Assembly (NCBI RefSeq): GCF_964194025.1
Contig: NC_134475.1
Location: forward strand, 11,408,001-11,472,000
Length of the DNA: 64,000 nucleotides
Origin: Convolutriloba macropyga
Taxonomy: Eukaryota
Direction of reading: 5' to 3'
Both the position numbers and the translations under genes were made by a program. Shown in pieces: positions 49,474 to 60,179 of this stretch. Below the pieces are notes generated by a model. That model was not told where the DNA came from and did not search any database. It saw only the letters and a list, made by a program, of their open reading frames with translations. Position 1 is the stretch's first letter, and the number at the start of each line of letters is the position of its first letter.

Positions 49474-49716
49474 TCAATGCATCAGTTTTCGCGCGTAAAC
49501 CAAAGCCACCCGACAAAAAAAGTGGGCAAGTTGGAAAACTATTAACACACTCCAGCCGAGCCAGAGACCCAAACTGCCTCCGAAGTCGCTCAAAAGAGAC
49601 GAGATGTCGTAGGCTGGTGTCTCCCATATCCTCTCAAATGTGATGTGTTCGTAAAAGACTTCAACTCGGGCAAAGTTGCGCCTTATTTTCTGAATGATAT
49701 TCTCATTTGTCAAGTT
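49474..49716 (-). CDS. DEG/ENaC channel exon encoding pre-TM2 and TM2 (probably the last coding exon)
   Basis: NFARVEVFYEHITFERIWETPAYDISSLLSDFGGSLGLWLGWSVLIVFQL is the DEG/ENaC TM2 signature. Acceptor aaacag at 49717-49718, phase 0. Confidence 0.92.
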   Translation of the reverse strand, partial: NLTNENIIQKIRRNFARVEVFYEHITFERIWETPAYDISSLLSDFGGSLGLWLGWSVLIVFQLAHFFCRVALVYARKLMH

Positions 49717-49899
49717 CTGTTTAATTTAGGGAAATTTCACCACCTAATGTTGACATATTAGAACAAACTAGAGCAAAACTGAAGTGTGCGTGAAGTGCGT
49801 TAAAAACGGCGAAGTCTTTCCAATTCATAATAAAATTAAGTTTCGATCTTTCATTTTTTCGTAGTAACATTTTTAATAAAACTGTCCAAAGCAATGCTC

Positions 49900-50600
49900 T
49901 CTAATTTTAATAGAGATAAAATATTAGAATCTGCTACAAATTTTTCTTACTGACTTCTTCTTATGTCGATGTCTCTTCCTACATAAAGTTTACCAAAAAT
50001 TCCTCAGAATTTTAAATATACGACTCAATAATATCAAAGAGATGGTGTATAAGTGCTTTCGCGCATATAGTTCAAACTTTTCACGTAAATGGATACTCAG
50101 ATAAACAGAAAATAGCCATCATCAAAACTCAAGCATCAATATGAAAAATGCATATTCAAAAAGCACTAACTGTTTTTTAATAAAAGTCAGGAACAGCGAG
50201 TAAAAAACAGCAAGGACTGCAGTTCGCAAAACTAAGACAATTAATATGAAAAAACTTCTAAATCAGTTCTGTCAAAGCCATTAAATTTAAAAGGTAGGGG
50301 TTATTGACGACGAGGAACTGACTAAAGCTGTGTTTCAATAGAAAACTCGTTGATAAATATTGACAAACAAATCAACCGAAAAAAACGGACACCACTTAAA
50401 GTCTATTCATTTCTGATAATAGGCGATGTCAACGAGATCAAAATCGGTACCTGCCAACAAAAGTGAAACCTGCCAGGAAAAATGGCAAGAAAAGCTCTTT
50501 TATTTTCTGAATAACTGATGTCAAAGATCTTTATATTCACTAATTATATCCTAAAACCAACTATATTCAAAACACTGTACAAATTAATAAAAAAAAGATT
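49900..50600 (+). mobile_element. Possible very decayed Penelope-like remnant inside the DEG/ENaC intron
   Basis: Only short fragments resemble PLE C-terminal regions (NGYSDK, ILKPTI). There is no intact ORF. Confidence 0.25.
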
Positions 50601-52095
50601 GCACCATTTAATAACAGCAAGAAAAGACCTAGTATAAAAATCAGGTAATTCAATTTTCTCTAAAATAAAGTTTGCAGTCGTAAAAAAAATCAATAGTTGT
50701 GTGCTGATACTTTAAAGAAACTAAATCAATCAATACAACAACAAATTTGACATATTTGGATGCATTTATTAGAATATAAAAAAATATTAAAAATGTGTTT
50801 TTTGTGGTAACATGTAAAAATTTCCTTATATTGTAATTAAAATAATCTTTGTCGAAGTCATGAAAAAACAGCTTCTTCTGGCACTTATTATTATCAATCT
50901 TCAGGTTAAGCTCGCCAGAATTTACTCTAGAGCCTTGATAAATTTATTAAAAGAAAACAGAAATGAATGTGGAACCATGAGCAATTTTGTCAAGGTTCAT
51001 TTGGCGGTAATACATATGTGACGTTATTTGAAAGCAATGAATAGTCTATGCATTTTTATTGTTCGTTTAGTCAATTTTGAAAACATTTTGATTAAAAAAC
51101 GTTTTAAGAAAATTCTTAAATCCGCAGGCAAAATGAAAAAGAAAGAGAAATTTCTGTAAATTACTTTTTTACAATTTGTTTTAGTTTTTCTCAGCAGTTT
51201 GTGTGACGAGCTTCTCCATTCGTCTAAACATTTTTCTCAGCATTTTGCCCCTCAACTTTATGGTTCTTCAGTATATGCTTTCAAAATTAAATAGTTTTTA
51301 ATCCTCTTGGATGGTTCCACGCAAATGATGTAAAATTTATGATGAGCTGGATGAAAAAAAAACCTTGACTGAAAAAATAAATTTTTTTTTGCACTGGTCT
51401 TCCTGGAATAAACGTTTACTCATAAATTTTTGCAAAATAATTTACTCGCAAAAATAATCATTTCGTTTTTTTTAAACAATTGAATACTCAAATTGCTGGA
51501 GAGCCCATAAGAGTGTTACTTTTATTTATTTATTACTGTCATTAAAAGATTCTAGACCCACGATTCTAGGCCTTATAAAAGATATGTTACGTTATGATAT
51601 GTTGTTAATGGATAATAGCTCATAGTTTGACATAATTCAATATAAAATTCCAGTAAATCCAAAGCTGTTACAGCTGTTCACCGAAGATTCAAAATTATGA
51701 CTTCTTCCGTCTGAGCATAGGAACTGCTGTGATATTGTCATATAAATACATAGCGCATTTCGATGAAAAAGGAGTTGAGACAACCCAGGTCGAGGTCCCG
51801 GCCGAGGTAACCTCTGAAAGACTAGTGTGCGCTCGATACTCATTGTGCGCGCCTGATCAGACGAGTTCCAGACCGAAATGACCTCTGAACAGACAAGTAT
51901 CACAAGTATTGTCCAGACTAGGATCGAAGCTTTTTCCAGGCCATGTAATTGGAGCGCACTGTGAACATGTGGGCGCTCGAAGATTTCCCAATCAGAGGTC
52001 ACTTCGGTCTGGGCACCTTGAAGTGGGTAGGATTTGGAACTAATTTTCACTCTGCATGAAAATGAAAATTGAAAGTAGATAATGGTGAAAATTCC

Positions 52096-52467
52096 CTTAG
52101 CCGTCAAGACACTCTTCAAATAAGACTGAACCTTAGTCGATTTAGATCGCTCAAGCAATCTGTTCACGACAAATGGCGCGTAAGTCTCACCCGGCCACTC
52201 AGTCAAAGATTGTTGCGTCGTGAACATAACTGACGTGCATGGGTGCGGGCACGGACAGTCCAAGAGCCCGTTTTGAGACTTGAACTCGACGTTTATTCTA
52301 CAGTTGCGCTGAATTGGGTCAAAATTGTCGCAGAATCTGAGAGAGGCGTTGTTGATGGAGGAATCGGTGCTGTAGAACTGGTCATAGCTGTCTATACATC
52401 CGCATGTTCTGGCCAGATCGTTCAATCGGCAGAAATAGAGGCAATCTTCTCTGTTGTAAACTGGGCT
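52096..52467 (-). CDS. DEG/ENaC channel exon, Cys-rich thumb domain
   Basis: YNREDCLYFC...TCGC...FC...NC...DCPCPHPC...SLTEWP. Acceptor ttttttgtcag at 52468. The donor position is inferred (see findings). Confidence 0.88.
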
Positions 52468-52911
52468 CTGACAAAAAAGGCAAAAGGGCACATCTTTTCT
52501 GCTAATTTTACAATTAGTTGAATTATTGGGCGCTGTCTTTTTGAAGATTTGTCACACATTTTTGAAGTCAAACTTTGGTGGTTATTTTAGTCACACTGGA
52601 GAGCAAAAAAACGAGTAATTTAAGGCGTGAAATTTTTTAGCTTCATTTCTATAGCAGAGATGGAATACTGTTTGAAATAATATTCTGGTTTTAATAGAGA
52701 TTTTTGTACCAGATGCGGCATTTTAACTACTTCTCCGTTTTTTTTAAAAAAAAATTTGATCAGGTTTTGATTTGTATGGCTTCCAAAGTCCATTCCTGGT
52801 AATTTTAAAGTTTTTTTTGGTTTAATAACTGAAAATTCTTTAAGTTGTATGTCGCTGGGATTTCTATACCCCGATCTCTTTACCTTTGGCAACAGAAAAG
52901 ATGTCCCTTGC

Positions 52912-53114
52912 CTTGGCTATGGCCGCACGGTTCAAATGCAAGCCTTGTGGCCATTCAGTTGTACAGTTGCCATATTTGCCTCCTTTTCGGACAATTTCCT
53001 TCTTCTGCAATGCCATAAATGCGGCAGAGCCAGGGCTCACTGGCGAACCTTTCGTGAACATATCTGGATAGATTGATGGAAAATGTTTGGCCACAATGGC
53101 CGCTGGAAACGAAG
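52912..53114 (-). CDS. DEG/ENaC channel exon, palm/beta-ball
   Basis: AAIVAKHFPSIYPDMFTKGSPVSPGSAAFMALQKKEIVRKGGKYGNCT resembles ENaC GARVMVH...[30 protein letters not shown]. Acceptor tttacag at 53115. Confidence 0.85.
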
Positions 53115-53879
53115 CTGTAAATTGGATCACGAACTGCTTCTTTTCAACTGAAGCGAGCATTTCAGTTTGATCTTTACTTTTCAAGTTCGTAAGGTTACGT
53201 AACTATGTTACGTAACTTTACGTACATAGGTTACGTAACTCTGATGAAGTTACTGAAGAAATGTGGCATTAGTCGAGAACCGCGTAGCCTTAAGAGATAT
53301 TAGTCAGAATTTCGGAGTGATTTTAGCGAAGATCTTGCTTAAAACACGAACTTTGCTGGTTTTAAAATCTCGCACTGTAAGTAAGAGAATTTGACAATCC
53401 TGAATTGATCACTGCATCTTGATCTGGTATTTTGAAGTGTGCATTGTCATATTTCAAATCCTATTACTAAATTTCTGTAAAAATATAGAAAACTTTGATT
53501 TATAAACACATGATTCAAGATCTTGCATTTCTTGAATTACTACCTAAATTTTTATTTCTATGGGCTATCGTTAAGGCAAAATGCAAATTTCTTTCAAAAA
53601 TAGGACGCTTGCAAGTTATTTTCAAATTTTGCGACAAATGGCTGTTGCATATTTTGCAAATAAATATATTATGCATTAAATAGATCGCCTTGGTGAAAAA
53701 TAAATGGCAAATGTTTCATCAAAAAATTCCACTAGGGGAATTTATGGTTCAAAGATTTAGAAAGCCAAAATTAGAATACATTGCTTAGGCTGAAAAAAAT
53801 AATCGAATAATTTTTATATTTAAAAAACCTGTTTTTCAGATTGTTCAAGGTTATGGTGCAAATTGAAAAGAAGCAATTC

Positions 53880-54524
53880 CTGTCATTCCAATGTACTCGT
53901 CAACGTCCAAAAACAGGGTTAGTTTCAACCCATAATTCACCCCCGGTTTCTTGGCAATTCTACTCTGGAACGGCTCTATCCAGCTCTGATCAGAGTTAAA
54001 ACTAAAACAGTTGCCAAACACCGGGTCCTGAAACTGGAAAAAGTCAGTATGGTCACAGTTCTTCCCATTGTATGAGCACTGGGCGATAAAGTCCTGACCT
54101 TGGGTTCCATAAGCTTCAATGACATTCAGGTCAAATCTCAAATATTCGCGAAGATCCGATAAATCGTTCAAACTTGACGTGTTGTATAGTTGATAGTAAT
54201 TTAGAGAATCGATAATAAGATCGTTCTGCAAGACTTGATTGATTTCAGTGGTCAGTTTTTCAAGTAGGAAACTCGAATTGCACCCAAAAACTAAATCTTC
54301 GTCAAAACCCAAATCGCATTCGGTCACGCCGTTGCAAGGTAGAGCACAGGTTTGTTGACCAGGACAGGTGATAGCTGGCCAGATACAGTTGCCCTGGATT
54401 GTGGTTATGTTTTCATTCCTTTTCAGGTTGATTTCGGTGCAATTTAAGGTCGGATGGGTTTCGTCGCTTTTGTCGTCACAGTTGAATTGTGAATCACATA
54501 CCCAGTCATACGGAATGCACAATT
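53880..54524 (-). CDS. DEG/ENaC channel exon with two LDL-receptor class A modules followed by the conserved extracellular core; no upstream exons recognised within the window
   Basis: CIPYDWVCDSQFNCDDKSDE and CALPCNGVTECDLGFDE (LDLa); FIAQCSYNGKNC, FGNCFSFN and GVNYGLKLTLFLDVDEY (DEG/ENaC). Acceptor gttttag at 54525, phase 1. Confidence 0.9.
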
Positions 54525-55599
54525 CTAAAACATAAATGGTTTCTTCAAGCAACTGGCGATGAGGTCAACGACCCAAGAAAAGCGAGACAGGGGGGTTTGG
54601 GGCTTGGGTCGCTGACAGGGGGGTTCGGGGCTATTATGAGCTCATCTAGTCTGGACAAAATTTTAGTCGCGTTGCTCCGCCTGGCCGTTTGTTCCAATTA
54701 CCCAACTGATTTTTCTAATCTTTTAATTTTTAAAAAATTGTTCCCTTTTTTATATGGCCAATTTTTTGTCAGATATTTTCTTGTCTATCCACTTTTCAAG
54801 AGATTTTTCAACGTTTTCCATATTTTTCTCTCGCTAAATTGTAGTCCCTCAGAATTTCAAGTTGCTAAACTGAAGAGGCGGCAGTTTAGCTCTAAAATTG
54901 TGATAGAGTGAGCCAAAAATTATTTCATTCTCCGATTTAAATCTTATAGTATTGCAAAATTAGCAAATGGAGCAGGAAACAACACGGAGCCAACCATTGC
55001 TGGGTAAGGAAACAAAGTTTGCCTCCGTAGAAGATTTTGAGGTGATACATTGGTACCTACTTCGCTGTACTTAAAACGAGATAGTCCTCAAAAAGCTAAA
55101 ATTATATTGACATAAAATGCATTGACGGAGATTTACCAGTATATGCCATCTTTGTATTTCAATTAGATAGCGCACAAAAGATTTTATAGTCACCAGAAAT
55201 GCTGCAATTGTATCTCTATAGAAAACGCTGCTGATGGATGAAAGAAACATTTGTACATTTTAATTGAATGGCGTTGTCAGAATCGTTGAAAGACAGAATC
55301 GGATATAACCATTTCAAAAAAATTCCATGAAGTTTTACAGGCAGCGAGCTTCAAAACGATACCCCAAAAAATTAATGTGGAATATTGATAATTCAATGAA
55401 CAATTGAAAATTTGCGGAAAAATTACAGTTAGCATACAAATTCACATTATATTTCTAATGTGGGAACAAAACATCATGTGAACACACTATATTATTCCCA
55501 TTCCTCATTGTGCTAAAAATGCTTTAACCGAAACACTGCGCTTTTAAACGGCGAAAACCTTTCTCCTCTAAATAATACATACGCAGATTGATTGAAAAC

Positions 55600-57636
55600 A
55601 TACTTTCAAAAATAATGCTTATAACTTCAACATTCTTTTTTTGTTTGCAATTGACAACAAAAATGGAGAACAATGAGTACACAACGTCCAGTGCAATATC
55701 AGTGGCTTAAGTAACCACAAACCAACACAAACACTTGAACAATTTACAAGGAGGTTGAAGCTCTTAGAGAAAATATAAAGAGCAAGATATTGATTCACAC
55801 AAATCACAAAAATATTAACGACAGAGAACGAGCACAAGAAAGATACACCCGAAAAAATGGTGAGCTTGTGGTAAATCACCCACTTAACGCCCGCACCAGC
55901 AAAGTTGTTACAAATTATCAAATGAAACTTTTAAAAAATTTTTGGTAATGAAGTTTCCTAGAGATAGCATAAAAGCCTGTTACATTCTACTGGATACTGA
56001 AACCGAGTTCCAACTTCCCACGTTATTATGCAGAATCAATAATTTCGACAGATTGGAAATATTTAAAAAGAAGAGTGCCACGAAAAGTGAAAAAACATAT
56101 TAACGGCACCAATGCCTGAAGTAGAGTTGGCATTCAAAGAAAAGGCTTCAATCGAAACACTATTGTCTGTTGTGACTTCAATGTAAACTTTTTTTCAAAA
56201 AGCATAAAAATATGAGCAACTAGCATCCGTCTTGCAAACAAATCGATTGACAGTGGTTGCGTCCGATACGGTCACTCGGGAGACGAAAACAACACAAATA
56301 TTACGTAATTTGTTTTCACAAATTTCCGTTCGCCACACAGGAATAAGAAAATGCTGTGAGTTATTCTCTTTTTTGAATTGAAGATGCCGGAAGAAAATGC
56401 AGGCGATATAAGCAAAGAATCCTGCAGCTCTTGTATATGGTCGAAACTGCGTAACACGCGAGTCATTGAAAAGATATGACCAAGTGTTGAGTCCGAACTT
56501 GAATAAAATTAATGAGACGAAATAAACAGTAAAGATTGCAATTTGTTCTAGAAGAGTTACCTGAGTTGTTAAAAAGAGAACTGGCTCAAGTAGTGCTTGC
56601 AAAAAATTTTTAGTTAACCAACGAAAGAGTTGGGTTGACGACGCAGTTAAGAAAGCTGCTTCCAATAAAATTCATTTCAGACAGTCGTATCTCATAGAAA
56701 AATCTGATAGGAGCAAAAAGAGATGAGATGAGAAATCAAAGTTAGTCAAACAACTAGTAAGAACAATAATGAGACAATTTTATCAAAAAGATTTACAAAA
56801 AGACGCCAGCAGCCGTAATAGAAACTTTATTGAGGGCGTTAGAAAGCTGTCAATTGAGTAAAAAACAACACAACCGCGTCTTTCTGAGGCAAACTTGGAG
56901 ATTTTCATTAGTTTTTGTTTACCAAAATAGGCAACAAACTGGCAATCAACTTTGACATTGTCGCAACAAGCTCCTGCAAAAAAATTGTACACAGTATGTT
57001 TCTCAGTAAAACAAAACATTTGAAAAGAACAAAACTCTGAGCAAATTGAATATTAAACACACCGTTGATACTTGTAATATTAAGAACTAGTTTTTGAAAA
57101 GCCTTGCCCCCGCAATATCTCTTTTACTATGCAAATTTAAAAACAGATGCTTTGAGTTATGATACTATCTTATATGCTTTAAAAGAGAAAATAACACCAG
57201 TCTTCATAAATTCAGATAAAACTGAGCTTTCAAGGACAAAATCTATCTTAACACAAAATGGGAAAAACACCGAGAAAAAAATAAACAGCAGAATTGTATC
57301 TTTCGTGAACGACGAAGATGTCTTAACGAAAAATCAATTGGGGTTCAGAGACCAACGAAGCACAATTGATGCACTCGTAGAACTTGTTGAGAACTGAGAT
57401 CAAACTGGAAAAATACTCTGGGCACTACATGCACATTCCTTGACCTTAATAAAAATTTTGAGTGTTTTTAATAAAGAGTCAAAAGTTATTTTTTAAAAAA
57501 ATGCTTGATTTCCGGATTATCTGGGCCGCCCGTCCTAGAATTACTGACATCTTATCTCCAGAAAAAGCCATCAATGAACAATATCAGGTTTTGCATACCT
57601 TAGGGCTCGATCTTGGGACATTTTCTATTTGTTATT

Positions 57637-57679
<43 letters not shown>

Positions 57680-58450
57680 GATATTGGTTTTAGTACAATG
57701 TAAAATGGAACTATTTCATATGCACACGATACTGTAATATACATTAAAGAAGAACCGAAAACCGAAAGCGATGCGCACAAAAAACCACAAGATAGATCTG
57801 AAGTTTTGGCTAAAAAATGGTCTTGCAATGGATGCTGATAAAACAAAAGCAATTAGGTTTTTTAAAAAGAACAAAACTCATCCAATAAAAACTCTTAAGA
57901 TAAAGATCACGGAAGTACACAATGTTGCATTAAATAGATATTTTGCTATCCTACTTGAGAAAAATCTCGGTTGCGAACAACAAGCAGAGTGGAAAACAAT
58001 GAAAACTTCCTGTTGCTTGTTCTACCGATTGAGAATTTATTCAAGCAAAAGTCAGCTAGTAACAGTTTATTAAGAATATGTGCAGCTACTTGCTTAGTAT
58101 GGAGTTCTAATGTATGCAAGTTCAAAGGAAAAAACTCTCAAACCACTTCAAAAGGAAAATTAAATTTATATCAACACTTAGGAGAAAGCTACAGTTTTAC
58201 AAAGTATCAGAGCTACGCCTCTATGAAAACTTGAAAATAGCAACAGAAATATTGGGAGGAGCGAAAACCCAGTTTCTTGTCTAGAAAATTTAATTTTCCA
58301 AGAGAAGATTCTGACAAAAACGAATGGTCGAACAAGGTGTAGTAAACTTTCTGTACTCAAAAAGGAAAATAACAATTTTTCTATTTAGACGAAAAAATCA
58401 GTCAGAAGATAAAATGCTCATTAGTAAACATTCAAAACTTTGTACAAATT
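55600..58450 (+). mobile_element. Decayed L2/CR1-group LINE, antisense within the upstream DEG/ENaC intron
   Basis: KNQLGFRDQRSTIDALVELVE and WLKNGLAMDADKTKAI RT-region motifs; interrupted by (TA)n. Boundaries are approximate. Confidence 0.65.
57639..57676. repeat. (TA)n microsatellite
   Basis: Direct reading. Confidence 0.95.
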
Positions 58451-58958
58451 TTCCGAACATTCGCACCAAATCAAATCTTCAAGTTAATGATATTTGTCAT
58501 AAAATTCTTGATGACTACATCAAAGACAACGGTGAGTTACACTTTAAGTTTACTAGTTAGGAGACCAAACGTTGACATTAAAAATAAAATGAGTTTGTAT
58601 TTTTTGAGAGCGGTTTTTTTCCTGTTTTCCAAATCAGCATCTACCATAGTTTTTTGCCTTCCGCCTGAGACACTTCAAGATAGGCCGTCATGCCTAGTGC
58701 TCTCCTGGAGTGATTTTGATTTTGTCTGGATGTAAATATACATAATTTTGATATCTTTCTTGTTATCTCTGGAAACACTCTATTATTACTGTGGTTTTTG
58801 TTGTAGCAGTTTTTAATTGCCGCACACCACCCGCTGACCGTTTGAGTTCTATTGGAACGACTTCTATAGTATGTTTGTTTTTGTGTTTCGCTGTGGACGG
58901 AGAAACTGGAGATATAACGTAAATATTCGTTCTCGAACTCGCTTTTAATTTCAGGAAT

Positions 58959-58960
<2 letters not shown>

Positions 58961-59021
<61 letters not shown>

Positions 59022-59026
59022 TATAT
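58961..59026. repeat. (TA)n microsatellite
   Basis: Direct reading. Confidence 0.95.
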
Positions 59027-59925
59027 GTAGTATGCTTTTGGAGTACGCATTTTCTTTACGATTTATTAACCGTGGTATAGAAGTTATCCTTCAATTTTTT
59101 CCAGATCAACCAATGTCAGTTCCTAGCATAAAAAACAGAGGAGGGCAAAAGACAAAAAAATTTTACTAGAAAAAACTCAAAAAATGCAAGGGCGGTTTTA
59201 ACAACATCTAGCTTGTTTCCCAAGAGTTCTCTGGTTGCTTCTTTTTGCTTAACTCATTACTTAACTCGGTTACGCCTTATTATCTTAGAAATCTTGAAGA
59301 TCCGCAGAAAAGCTCAATAACGATTTTGAATTCGGTCAAAAAGTGGAACTACTATGCTCGTTTTTCTACTGAGTATCTTTGAAAGACAAGAAAGCGTTGC
59401 TAAATGCGAAAAAAACTGCTACATACAAACTAAACGTCTTCAAATTGGTTACACAAATGAGGCTCAACAGGTATTGTCAATGAAATTTGGTGCCAACGAA
59501 TATTTCTTACGCTAATGAATAGATAATTGGACAAAGAATATTTTAAATGAGGACTACTAGAAATTTTTTAAATGTTTCTGTTACCTTTTGACAATGATGA
59601 AGAGTATTAATTAAATATCTTATCTTTTTGAATTTATTCTGAGATGTGATTTTTGAGAAGCATTTTGGTCGGAAAACTGTTCTATGTGATTAATATTGTT
59701 AAAAATTGAATACTAATTGCCGAAAAAATAACTATTCCAAACCAAAAACAGAGTAAAGAAGAAGCACCTGTAAATCTAAGTAAAATTTTTCAGACAAAAT
59801 ATAATTTTCGCAATAATTTACAGTTTTATTGACAGATTTTCCAAATTAACAAAGTTGGTGAAGTTAGTGTACACTGAGAACTAGGTTAACGTTTGCCACA
59901 AACATTTCAATGAATTATAGACAAA

Positions 59926-59989
59926 ACACAATTCTTTCATTCTCACAACACACAATTCTCTCATTCTCACAACACACAATTCTTTCATT
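59926..59989. repeat. 24-bp minisatellite, ~2.7 copies
   Basis: acacaattct(t/c)tcattctcacaac repeated. Confidence 0.85.
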
Positions 59990-60179
59990 ATGTACAGTTG
60001 CTTCTTGACCTTCATTTTTTAAACGCTTGAAGCGTTTTCTTATGCATTGCTAGTTTGAAACGTTAGCACAATAGTTCTTTTTAAGCAACAGATTCTGTAA
60101 CAAAGTTCTAATTGTAAATATCAAGAATTGTAAATAACTCCTGGAAATATCCTCCTGTAATATATTCCAATCATGATGA

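Noticed and set aside
51637-52095. C-terminal ~150 aa of the 284-aa ORF as channel coding sequence
   Set aside because: It has no DEG/ENaC motifs and TM2 lies in the 49474-49716 exon, so it is interpreted as intron read-through.
49717-53879. Intron terminal stems as TIRs of a single Introner or DNA transposon family
   Set aside because: The three stems share no sequence, the 3' arm stops 12-16 nt short of the intron end, and there are no TSDs beyond the AG. Independent ancient transposon origins cannot be fully excluded.
57462-59050. YIYIYI-repeat ORFs
   Set aside because: They are translations of (TA)n microsatellites.
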